Shown piece by piece: positions 13,194-25,261 of a DNA stretch of 64,000 bases. This stretch comes from Raillietiella orientalis (Eukaryota), in NCBI GenBank assembly GCA_036172245.1, contig JAYWIR010000010.1, positions 1,922,001 to 1,986,000 of the forward strand. Reading direction: 5' to 3'. The position numbers and the translations under genes were made by a program. Below the pieces are notes generated by a model. That model was not told the origin of the DNA. It ran no database searches and worked only from the letters and a program-made list of their open reading frames with translations. How positions within the stretch are numbered: the first letter of the stretch is position 1; each line of letters opens with the position of its first letter.

Positions 13194-16100
13194 CTAGAAG
13201 CCTGACAGTTCGGTAAAGGCCACATCCAGCTCATCCGAAATATTCTTATACTTCTCCTTCTCGTGGACAATCTCATCTGCAAGAAATAAGCATGAAGATG
13301 ATGCTGGCTGCTAGAACCTTGCTGGGCATGCACAAACCCCCTCACATGTTCTGGATGTCCTTCAGAGCTGCTTCCATTTCTGCATGCACCATGCAGCTGT
13401 GTTCCTTCTCAGCTTGCAAATCATCTAAAGAGCAAGGACCCCACCCTGCAGGCAGCAAACACTACTCCCACCCACCCCACTACTAGCAGCAAACACAGCA
13501 CACCCTCTCACCTCAGGTCCTCTGCAGCAACTTTCCCACCCTTGACTAGTGCCCAACTCACCTTCCAGTCTATCCACCTCCTTCTGCAACTTCTGAACTG
13601 AGCGCTCTGCAAACTCTGCACGTGCTTCAGCCTAGCAACATATACACCTGTGATCCCCATACTACACACAAACACACAGATCTTGACCTGTTTCAGTCTG
13701 TTAGACATGCCCTTGATCTGCTCCTTGTATGCTTCCTCTCGTTGGTTTGCCTGAAGCAATCATTTTCTATACCTTCAAGCTGACAAGGTACCTTTATCTT
13801 ACCTTCTCCTCTGACACTTCCAGGGATTTTAGATTGTTACCTATTACCTTCAGCTCTTCTTCCAGCTCCACGATTTTCCTGCAAGCAAATAGCAAACATC
13901 ACAATACATTCCTGAAAGCACTTCCTCCCTTCCCCTTCTCCACCTGTCCTTTTCCATGTTCTTGATTTCCAATTCCTCAAGCTCCAGTTCCAGCTTGCTG
14001 ATGCGACGAGCCATCTATTGACATGCAGTTAGATTACACAAACAAGCACACACAGAACTTTTAGTACAAAGGGGGAGGGGGCAGGGTAAGGGGGGAACAT
14101 AATCAAAAGGGTAAGTGCATGTGAATAGCAGTGGGAAGACCACTGAGCCAACAGCACCTGCCTATCTGCTGGAGGCCTAAAAAAATTTATCATGCAATTT
14201 TTTTTGTTTTTGTTTTTGTTTTTTTTTAGTAATTCATTCCAAAGGGTCATCTAGGTAAGCAGGCCACGCCCACTTACGATTCGCCTGTCTCAGCCCGTTC
14301 CTCAGCCCGCTCTAAGTCTGCCTCCACCATGGCCAATTTGCGGGCAACCTATAGGTGCAAATGAATGAGAACTGCTCTGAAGTGCCTCGGAGAAAAAAGC
14401 CATGCCATTAGTAGAGAAAGAGAGAAAAAAAAAAAAAAATTGTTGGTATGGTAAACAAGGAAGAGGAGTGGGTTAAGATTACTACTATTGGCAAGGGGCT
14501 GGGTTGCCAATCACCTCGTCGTATTTGCGATCTGCCTCCTCAGTCAGGAAGCGGGCCTCCTTCAGCTGATTCTCCAAGTCATCCATGCGTTCCTCATCAA
14601 CTTGGTTACGATTCTCCAGCACCTTGCGCATGCTGGGGGAGACATACACCCGTTAGGGGATTATCAGCAGCACCTGAAAACAACTGCTGAACTGCCCCAA
14701 ACCCTGAAAGCTGCGACTCTTGAAATAATGGAGTGGGTCAAGGGGCTGGGGGTAGGGAAAGGATAGGAACTGGTTTGGGTTTACCTCATCATATTTCTTG
14801 TCAGATTCTTCAGCTATCACTTTGGCCTGGAGCAGCTCTGCTTCCAATGCAGCCACACGGTCATCATCCATATTTGTGCGGTTCTCCAGAGCTTTGCAGA
14901 TCCTGGTGTTTAGCAGACTATTAGAAGGGCAGATGTTAACAGGAAGTGGGAAAAACCAAATGCCAAGGAGCTCTAGATCCTATATGGCATTAGAAGTAAG
15001 GAGTCTTACAAAAAAAATACGAAAGGAGTAGGATACCCTCATTCCCAGCTGTGTTCATATGAACAAAGTCCAAGATCATAGAATACAAAATCCTCAACGA
15101 TGTTGGTTTTTACCGTTCAGATTCATCAGCAGCCCGGGACGCTTCATTCAGTTTAGCAGTGGCAGTGGCTAATCTTTCCTCAGAACGCTCTAAATCTTCT
15201 TCTAGTAACTGAATACGTCTGTTGAGTGCCGCAACTTCTGCTTCAGCCTAATAATTACAATTTAATACTGGAGCTCGGCTTTACAATGCAATTTTTAACA
15301 TACAGGAAAGCGGGGAAAACAGGTTGTGAACGATATTTACGTTTTTTTTTTTTTTTGGGGTTTCCATTTTTCTACGGAGCACAAACTACTAAAACCGACT
15401 ACCCAGCCCGCCGAACTGAACAACCATACTCGGCTACTGAAACAATCGAAACATATTCTGAAAATTCATTGTATCACTTATTCATCGTATCCGTTCGGAA
15501 AACTGAAACAAGACTAAACGAATCCATAAACCCTAAATAAACCTCCGAGCTTCGATTTTTCACAAAAATAATTCCGCTTAGGTGTCACGTTAATGTCTCA
15601 AGATGCAAACTTGCAATGCAAATACGAATTCTGAAAATCGGCAGACTGGCACGGTGGTTTTGTAAGGAACCGTGGTGGCAATTGAATTCAAACAAGCCCT
15701 TTAGGCAGCAACGCACACACACATAAAAAAAAAAAAAAAAATTCTCATTTCCACTCCATAACAAACCGAGTCTCCCTTACATCGCTTCTTTTCTGGGCTT
15801 CCAACTGTGCTTTCCTTTGGTACTCATCTTTTTCGTCTCGATAATTATCTCTCTCATCAGTCAACTGTTTCATCTTCAGCTTCAACACTTCCAAAACTGA
15901 CTTTGCTTGAAGCGCCATTCCTTTCCTTTTTTCTTCTTCTTCTTTTCCTTGCTTTTTTTTTCCCCCTCGCAAACACGGACACAGCAGGCCAAACAGTTCG
16001 CCGTAAACGTCGCCAACGCACTTCACTGCCCAACCCGAGCGCAGTAGCCGCCAACTCCCGGCAGCTTGCGCGCACGAGCACGTACACGGCCCACGGTGTT

Positions 16101-18755
16101 CATGCAAAGAAGCAGTCCCCCCCCCCGCCTCCCGTGGTCATCCACCCGTATTTATTTCGTAATTACAGGAGCAACACGAGCGTCGTCCGGCGATGGTCTT
16201 CCCGCCGTCGCTCATCCGATCCGGCGAATTTCGCATAAAAGCGGATTTTCCGATTCCCCCCCTCCCCCTCCCCCCGGCGTGCACCCCAGAAACGCGCTGC
16301 GCTGTTATCGGGCCCCACCGGAGGGATGAGACCCGCGCTGCGATATAGATGGTCCGGGACGTCATTGGCAGCCGCATCCCTCCTCGTCGGAGTGCACGAA
16401 CCGAGTCGCCACCGCAACGACCGGTTCGCAGCACGCCGGGACCGCCAAGTGGGGAGGGGCGGGCCCAGCCGCTGTACACCACGGGAGGAGGAAGCGTTTC
16501 TCCGTTTCGCGCAATTACTTTTAAGCCCGCGCTATCGACTGCAGTCCTGGAAAGTGAAAGTGGCCCTTCATCGCGCCTCGCAGCCGCGCGAAAAGTCAGA
16601 CGTCTTCCCCGATGTTCCAGGAAAGCCAGGTTTCCTGCCAATCACGTGCCTTTGACGCCCTGGGTAGTAGGGACTACATAATACACGCGCGCGTTCCCTA
16701 TAAGCATTCAATGGCTTTACCTGCTTCAGCTGCCCATTTTTGATGTTGTGGAGTTCGTTTTTTATAATGTTAAATTTCATTATTGTGTTTGATGTGAATA
16801 CGGATGAAGCGAAATCCAAACCAGGGTAATCGGCACACCGTCTCTTACGGATGGATCTTCCAGACAACTCGGTCCTGGCGCTGGAGCATCTCAGGCGTGT
16901 CCAGTCTTCATTTTCTTCGGCAGCTACCAGCAACGTGCGTTTTCCAGGAACGCGATCCTTCAGCCTGCTGAGGATGCGTTCCGCATTATTCCGTGCTTCA
17001 AGAAGCACATGCCCGCCGTAGGAGTTGGCATTCCTGATGGCATGATACTCTCCCGGACTTGTGTTGCATGAGCTTCTGTGATCACAACTTTCCTTATCTC
17101 TTACGTCCGACACCATTTTATGACACTTCTACAACCTATCCGGCAGCCAACGAAGTACTGCACCTGAACTCCCAGTTCCAGAATACATCTCCCGAAGGGA
17201 TTGCGGCAGGAATGCTCCGAGAGCGGGGGCGCATGCGCATTAATGGAAACCAGCATGCGCATCACTCCCTGTGCACCATCACACGGATTCATCTGATGGC
17301 TCCTTTTATGAGTTGCGTCAAGGAAGGAGGAAAGGCTTGGCAAGCTTCAAGCAGAAGCTCAACGGAGTCGCTCCCTCCGTGATGGAACGGCAATCTCGCG
17401 TGCATCACTCAGGAAAACTTCTAAATTCCTCGCTGCTGATTCGGAAAAACGCGTGTCCGAAGGGTAGCACAGCACGTCACACACACACACACACACACAC
17501 ACACACCGGGAGCGATGGGTATAATTTTGCACGATTGTGATTCGTCATTGCAGAGCTTTCCTTCATGCGATGTTTTTGCCATTCTGTGTGGGTTTTTTTC
17601 TTCTTTCGTTTCCTTCAGCATTCCGCTGAAGTTGCACTTAGGAGCACATGACACGTCTGATGCAATCAAGAGACAGAACTCTCGATTTCCCAATTCTAAG
17701 GAGTACCTACAAAGCCACGTTTTAAAAAATCTCCCACGCGAGAGGGAAGCGTATGAATGGGGGTCTACGAAAACGAAAGCGAGTCGTCGCTGCGAATCCG
17801 CTATTCAATGGCTCATCACGTTTTTCAAAGCCGAGATGCTTTCTTTCCTAGTCTCCGCTTCCTGGTCTGTGGGATAAGCGGGAAGGCGCAGATGATGACG
17901 CACAGACGATGCCAATTTCGCTCGCTGCCCAGTGATCAAGAAGGAAAACAACGTCTCGGTGTTGAAAATTCAGCAAGCAGTGAATGAAGGGTGGAGGGTT
18001 CCGATGACCCACTTTTGCCGGAGAACGTTTGATCCAACCCGGTTCGTAAAAGGAAACTATTCGCTCCTGCTATTCGTAGCGACATCGCTCCAGAACCCGC
18101 TCCTCGTTTGCCGAATCGCTTATTCTGGGAACGAGGAGAAGGACGGGATAAGAAGAGAGGCTGCCTGCGTCGAGTATCCGTTTGCTTGCAGTGCGAAGAC
18201 GACTGCGCAAAAATTCCAACAGAAAATTCCGCCATTACGCACGATGGAGATCCACAGTTGGCGTAATCGTTCGAACAAGAAAGGGCAAAACGGGTGGGGG
18301 CCCGCGGAACACCTCTTCCCACCTCCACACTGGCAACGCAAGCGGTGTCTTGGGACGACAGATGCGCCCAGCAAACGGTTGCAGATGACGGGCGAAGAAG
18401 CATTCACGGGTTGGAAACTCCCGAGCTCCACTCCGAACAAATTTACTTACACTCTGCAGAGCCTTGTCCTTCTCTTCCAAACGTGCGTTGGTTGAATTTA
18501 GCTTCTCTTGGATTACGTCAAAATCGTTTTCGAGGTTCTGCAAAGTTTTCTGCAACGTTCGGGCTTCTTCCTCAGCCTAAGGTTTTTCCGAGAAAAACAG
18601 AAACTCAGTAAGGCAGCAAGAAGAGCAGGCGGTCGTCGCACCTTTTCAGCACGCAGGTTGGACTCCTTCAACTGGTTCTCGAGCATGTCCGCTCTGTCCA
18701 CTGCGTTGTCCTTCTCCAGCTTCATCGCCTGCATCTTTTTCTTGATAGCCTCCAT
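13194..18755 (-). CDS. Tm1: Tropomyosin 1, muscle (284 aa) isoform
   Basis: Exons 18755-18642 ([18 protein letters not shown]), 18576-18451, 15247-15114, 14632-14515 (MRKVLENR), 14348-14278 ([12 protein letters not shown]), 13878-13803, 13750-13688, 13631-13562, 13276-13194 ([27 protein letters not shown]). Exon sizes 114/126/134/118/71/76/63/70/83 are the canonical tropomyosin sizes, with GT-AG borders. Confidence 0.95.
13342..15918 (-). CDS. Tm1: Tropomyosin 1, short cytoplasmic isoform (alternative first exon 15918-15781, alternative exon 14902-14785, alternative last exon 13424-13342)
   Basis: [18 protein letters not shown]...LEAQKRSD|gtaagg, [20 protein letters not shown]...KKYDE and DDLQAEKE...[12 protein letters not shown] resemble the cytoplasmic Tm1 exons of insects. 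Phases are compatible with the shared exons. The exact exon combination is inferred. Confidence 0.85.
13944..14014 (-). CDS. Tm1: Divergent alternative tropomyosin exon 5 ([24 protein letters not shown])
   Basis: Exactly 71 nt like exon 14348-14278, same phases (0 in, 2 out), caatag acceptor and AG|gtggag donor, open frame, heptad-compatible. Confidence 0.8.
16130..16690 (-). promoter_or_regulatory. CpG-rich putative promoter of the cytoplasmic Tm1 isoform
   Basis: Lies just upstream of exon 15918-15781; GC box GGGGCGGG near 16456, CCAATCACGTG near 16638, GGGACTACA near 16670. Confidence 0.4.
16721..17116 (-). CDS. Tm1: Atypical tropomyosin (Tm1-I/C-like) alternative first exon, 132 aa
   Basis: Encodes WTRLRCSS...[41 protein letters not shown] followed by a phase-0 CAG|gtaaag donor compatible with the [11 protein letters not shown] exon. 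This matches the conserved end of the Drosophila Tm1-I/C N-terminal exon as I recall it. In-frame TAG five codons upstream of the ATG. Confidence 0.85.
17478..17505. repeat. (CA)n microsatellite in a Tm1 intron
   Basis: Direct reading. Confidence 0.9.
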
Positions 18756-21700
18756 CTTTCCAGCAGCAAATGGGCCTCCGAACGATGACAATCAGTCTCA
18801 ACGATACTAGGGAAGAAAAATTTCATTTTAGTTTCCCGTCCAAGACATTCTGTCACCTCCGTTCGACCCGCTGAGCGCCTGGAGTGGATTTCGATCGCCG
18901 AAAAGATCGCGGTGAAAAACAGGAAAGAAACGACGCGGTTAGCGCCCGAGAACGCTTCCAAGGATACGCGCACGAATCTCCTAGAAACCCTGTGAACCTG
19001 ACACCTGATAAGTTCTGTGGAAACTCTCTCCGCCGACCATCGCGGGAACGGTCTCTTAGCGCACGCATCGCCATACGACCAGCTTCTCCCTGTTTCCATT
19101 GTGCGGCTACCTTTTCTCTTCCCATGATGAGAAAAGGCTGGCTTAAACGCGAATTCATTCGACCTGAGAGCTGAACTTGAGATGACGTCTCTTTTAGAGG
19201 AGGGTCTTTCCTCGGTCTTTCAATAGACTGTCTGGAGGTCCTCTCCATAATGTCCTGGCCTCGTTTTCGATTTCATTTTCGTCATTCTGCGCAGCGAGTC
19301 ACGGTGAGAACGGAGCTCCTCCGTTTCACAATCACAAGTTTCTTTGAAATCCAATCCGAGAGCATCCCAATCACCGGAGGTAAACACACGCACACGCACA
19401 AAGCAAGTTCGACCCCCAAACGGTAGGAGTCATACCAAAGGACATTCGCTCCTCTGACCACGAGTTCGGGGCAGGGCGGACCGTCTGCTTCTCGAGGAGC
19501 GCAAAAGGAGAAAAAAATCACCTCTACGATAGCAAGATGGAAGAAGGTGAGTTCAGAAGACGAGGGATCCTGCCGCAAACTGATCACCTGCTTCCACGAA
19601 CGGCTCCCAGCAAAGACAGCATGCGCAGACCAAGATCGCGGAGGAAAATGCCGACTTCACGGAGAAGGCACAAATGGCCAGCAGCCGCTTTCTGCTTTTC
19701 ACTCCAGTCGATGTGGACGAGCCACCTCTGGACGACGATCAAAGCGGCAGGGAGGAGAGAAGCTTATCAAGGAAAAGGAAGGAGCAGAGTCACATGGATT
19801 CGCATCTTTTCGGGTCCTCTTCCGAGTTTCGCTGGAGATTCCGTGTGATTCACCTAAAGGAGAGCTGCTTCAGCTGCTGCACGGAGTGAACTCGTGGAAA
19901 AATCTCCCAGGAGAGGGATCCTTTCCACCTCGCGCGAGATCATCATCATCCCCTGGAACGCGCTCCGTGCTTTGTCCTCGCTTGCAGTGCGGCCGCGGTG
20001 CGGCGAAACAGGAAATGCATCATCTGGCAGTCGATCGCGCTCCTGTATGTGCTGCTGTTCCAACGGAATTCCCTGCGTGCTGTTTGTAAAGCACCCGCCC
20101 ACGGAGTTCACGGGCGCCGTGACATCGCTCCACAAACTGCCCCCCCGGTACGGGGAGGGTAAAGCGGGGGACACATGCATGAGGGTTTTCATCCTGCTCG
20201 CGAATCAGGGAGCTGAGGTGGGAGCGGAAAGGAAAAGGATCCCTTGGGAGCTGCATCTCGCATTCGTGTTCCTCCATGCTCCTGAGGACGTGGGTGGGAT
20301 CCGGAGTTGAAACTGCCTCTCGCGAGACGAATGGGGGGGGGGGGTATGGGAAGAGTCCCTTGTTCGTTACGTCAGCTCGATTTTCCCTCTCGTTCGAGAG
20401 GTGGGGTCAGAGGTGCACGCTCGCCAGTTACCATTCTGCGGGCCACCGCTTCGACCGAAAAGGCTCGGAGGCGCGTCCCACAGCACGAATCGAGCGAACG
20501 TGATGATCTCCAGCACGGGGGAGAGGCTTCTCCCTCTCTCCCCGGTGCTAGGCTCCTTCGCCCGACTCCCGGGGGCTCCTCCTCCCTCTGCACGGAAGTG
20601 GAGGTGCAATCGAGAAACTCGCGGAAACGTGGGATTAAGGGCGGTGAGGTGGCATGGGTTTCAGAAAAAGAAGACGGAAAAAAGAAGCACCTGGAGGCAA
20701 CCGCATAGCAACGACACGAAGACGAACCCCAGCACTCGCCCAATGCTCATGCGCTCCTCGGGCAGGTACACTCGAGGGACTGCAAAGAGCAGATGGCGAT
20801 CCTCAAGAAATCGACCGTGACCAGAAAAACACGAGCAAAGGCTTTGGCGTCACATTACAACGGTCGCACTCTTCTCCGGAAGACGAGCTGGTGGCTTCGC
20901 TGGCTTCTGGCTAGAGCAAGGAGAAGCATCTGAAGAGATTCGTCCGTCGTGAGGAGAAACTCCAGAAGCGCACGCAAACCGACACACTCGAAACGTTCCA
21001 GAGGCTCGAAGGCAAGAATGCTTCTAATCAACCAAGACGCGTGTTGAAATCCTGTCCTGATCTCTCCCCTGTGGAGTGAAGAGCGTCAAATCGGCGTGAG
21101 GGGATTCATCTGGCGGGGTGACCGGTCGGTCAAGAGGGCAAGTTGGAACTCGGAGCTTCGGGGCGCTTCCCACCGAATCGCCAAAACATACGTGCAGAGT
21201 GCGGCGGGTTACCCCAAACATCCGCCCCCCTGCCCCCCAAGGGCGCGCGAACCGAGAGCACTCCTCCGGTTCTCAGATGCCGAGACTCTCGGAGCGCTCC
21301 ACCCACGTGCAGTCGCGCGGCGGTAGAAGGCGGCAGCCCATGGTGGACAGACGGCAGAGCGCGACTGTGGAACCCTCGCCTCTTCCCTTCGTGATCCGCA
21401 CCTGTCTTCACGTCGCGGAGAGGGGGAATGTTTAGGGAATTCCTGTCGCTGCTGCAAGAACGGAAAGGGCGGAAAGGGGGCCGTGAGAATTCCCGGTCCC
21501 CGCGGGACGGTCGGCAGCGTCGCAGGTGTATTTTTGAACATTCGGCATCCAATCGCAGTCCTTCTTTGCTCCTGAGAGCTCAGCAGCGCCACGCGCACTG
21601 GGATCGGGGAAAACGCCGCAGCTGCCTCGGGATCCCAAGGAGGAGGAGGAAGAATGCGCTCTTCGGTGATGCACGCACGAGACCACGAATCACACTTTGC

Positions 21701-24700
21701 CGACAGGGCTGCGGATGCGGAAGTTGCTGCTCGAAACAAGCGGGCAAACAAAGCAGCAACGACCAAAAAAAGACACACGGAGTTTGGAATGACCAGAGTG
21801 CTCACTGGGGAGACCCGCGCGGGGCTAGGGAACAGAAATCGACCGCAACGGTTCCTATGGCGCGCTTCTGGATGCACCGGTGAAGCAACCAAAAATCACG
21901 ATGTCACTTGATACGTAAGGTCGTTCCCAAGTTCCCTGTACGGCATGCACGCGTTCCGAGGGCGGTCCATTGTCCCGAGATGAATGCACTGCCCTTGACG
22001 AGAGGAATGCCAAGTCTGCAACCTACGTCGAAGAACACCACGGCGTCCCGGGCTCACTTGACTGCAGAAAGGGTGGGCAGGTTCACTGGTGAACTTGGTT
22101 GCTGAAATTTTACTCCTGGGGACACAACAGTTCCGAGGCAGGGTGAGCTTTGGGGGCGACAGCACGGGGGAAGTCACTGAAAAAAGCTACAGAATGCCGT
22201 CATCGCACGGCCTCATTTCTCAGGAACTGGGCTGCGGGGTACGAGAGAAATTTTTTCCCGGATGCACGTGAAGATCCGCCTGCACGTGTCTTGCCGACCT
22301 GGTGTGTCCGCCCGCGAAATGTGCGTGGACATGGTGATTCTCGGAAAGGTGCACCCACGCCATGCAATCATCACGGTGGCTACAGACGGGAAAAGTAGGA
22401 CTGCATCTTACGAGCAATCCGCCCACTGTCAGGAATCGCCGTGATGCGCGGCCTGAGTCGGCCCGAGTTTCCCATTTTTTTCCTTCTTTTCCTTTCCTCT
22501 TCGATAGGGCCGAGCAACGGCGGTCCAGTCTCAGTCTTTCGAGAATGATCGACGGTAACGACGACTTCGCAGGGCGCCTCTGCAGAGAGCACCTCGCACG
22601 TGAATTCGTGCAGTGCACACCAAACTGCCTCCCCCAACCCGTGACGTTCTGGGAGAGTGGGGTGCACACCCTTTCCGATAATGCAAAACGCACGTTTTAT
22701 CCCAGGTACGCATCACAGAATATCTTCAAGTTGAAAGGGAAAACGAAAAAAATGACAGAGTCTGCTGAAGAAGCCTTCGGCAAACCCGTGCATCTTACGT
22801 GTGTGTGTGTGTATGTTTTTTCCCATCATGTTTTGATCGATAAGCGGACGCAAAACCACAAAGGCATTTTTCCCCGAGAGGCATTTTCCAGAATGTACAC
22901 GAAACCAGTGTTTTTGAAAGCCAAAAAAAGAAAAGAAAAAAAAAAACTGTTTTCGTCTCACCGACACAGTATCCTCGAATAAATACTCCGTTTCGTGCAC
23001 CACCAAATTTCTATTTCTAATCGCGTACACTGGATTAAACAATTCAGGGAATCTGGAGCTAAAAGTAAGCTGTATTAATACTTGAAACTTTCTTTCGACC
23101 TACAGGATTTGCAAAGTCACACCAGGCTTCCCGTGCTAAATATACACATTCGCGTGTCATCATCTCGTTTCAATAAAGGAACTGGTAGATCTCTCGACTG
23201 TCTCCAAGACAGCGAAACCATGAGAAGCTGCACGCGTGTCGCACACGTCGAGAACGCTTCGTCTTTCGATGGGGGGTGGGGGGAAGAAGAAAAGAAAGCT
23301 GCATCCAAAGTGCCGAGAGAGCTTTTGATTGAAAAAATACTTCCAAATTTCTGTGGGCGAATTTTCTCTAGATTCTATCTCGGTTAACCGCTGCATTGTG
23401 CATCCAGCAGATGCTGATACATGAGAGAGAGAAAAAGTCGGCTGCACACTGTGCCAACGGAGCGAACCAGATTTTGTGTTTTGTGTGTATGCGTGTGTGT
23501 TTGTGGCTTTCGTGGAAATTCGGGATGAATTCCTTCACGAGCACGAGGTAGCAGTGCTCCCACATAGGATTTCCCCGACGGGACACAGAAAGGACACAAA
23601 CATGAAGAAGAAGTATACTACTTGTTGATCTTCGCTGGATTGCGAAATCGCGATGGAATGGACATTTCACAGCACAACCCATCCCTGCGTACCTAAAGCT
23701 ACGGACCAACAACGCTTCTCTGTACACACGCACAAGAACACTGCATCATCGAAAACACAAAAGACGATGATGCAGTCCATGAAACATACAACTGTTCCAT
23801 ATAGTCTTTAACTGACGTTGCTCGTGTGCTCATTTAAATTTATCCTTCCTGAGCATTTACTTTTTATTTTATTTTTTCAGAATGGGTGCTCCCTGGGGAA
23901 TAATAATCGAGTTCCCCAAGAGAAGCTATCCACTAAAAAGGTAGTGCAGTGTATTTTGTTTTGCCTTTAGAGGTAATCCTCGTGATTCATGGCGTGGGTG
24001 CCGCTCTTTTGCATACCACTTGCAAAAAACAACCTCAGTGAGAGAGACAGATGCATAAAAAAGGGGTGAAGCGACCGATCAAGAATGCACGAAACATCGA
24101 CAACCATTCCATCTGTGCTAGCGGGATCCTCTTCAGCAGGATCCCGCAAAGGATGAGCACTACCTATCATTCCTGGGCAGGCAAAAGAACTTCGAGTCTA
24201 CACTCGCTGGACCGGTGGACGGCGATTTGCAAGACTTTCCGGGAAGACCGCCGCACCATTTGTTCGTCCGGCGTCCAGCGTGGACTCGGAATTCCTGAAT
24301 CGAAGACACGCATTCGACCTGGCACGCATTTCCGTCTTTTTCGTCCAGGAAAACACACAGACGATTCCGAACGTCCAGCGTAAGAAGAAGAAGGGAAAAA
24401 ATGCAAAGAGCGAAAGGTAAAAATTCCTGTGAGCGGGCAAAAGAAATATCTCGTGGGATTCCAGGAATAGAAAAGAAAAAAAAAAAAAAAAAAGGCACGT
24501 CCCGGCAAGGGAAGAAGAAGAAGAAAAAAAAAAACTCCCAAAATGCTTTCTTCGCTTTCGTGCTGGCAACGAGCTGGCAGCAGTGAAAATCTCCCCCCCC
24601 CACTTTTATGCGACAGCATTTTTCTTAATGGGAAGCCGAACGATCGCGCGCATTGGAAGAAGAAGAAGGGGGGGGAAAAAAAAAAGAAATTCCGATTCGT

Positions 24701-25261
24701 GTGGGATTGGGGGAACTGCACAAAATCACTTGCATTAGCAGGGACAAATTCCCGCTAATAGCAAAGCACGGCCTTTGCTAAACCCAAGCATCCCAAGTCG
24801 GTCTGCACACTGCCAGCGGAAAAAGGAGAGAGGAAGGGCTTTTCCCTTCCTTTCCTTTACATTGTGCTTCAATCACCGACGACGGCTCGGTTTCGAATAT
24901 TTACCGACAACAACTTGAAATCACTTCACGACACGTGAATTGCTACCTTACCAAGACGCCTCAAGAACAAGAAGCTCGTTGCAAACGCTGCAAAAGAACA
25001 CTTAGTAGCAGACTTACTGTCGAATTCCCCGGCAACCGCACTTTCTCACTCGGGCAACGAGAGCTCCACTGCCGATCCGTGCCAGGAAGGAGTCGTGCTA
25101 CCACTTAGTAGTTGAAGTTGCGCAAAAGATTATGTTCCACGACTGCCTTGTATAGTCAGGCATGCCAGTAGCGGCACGGAGCTGATGTTACACGGAGCTT
25201 GCAGCAGAGTTCGCTTTCCTATTCTTTTGCGCGGAGTAATCATGCGAAGGAATTTTCGATT

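Noticed and set aside
24160..24400. Gypsy integrase-like fragment (GRTNGAA) on the minus strand
   Set aside because: Too short and degenerate to call.
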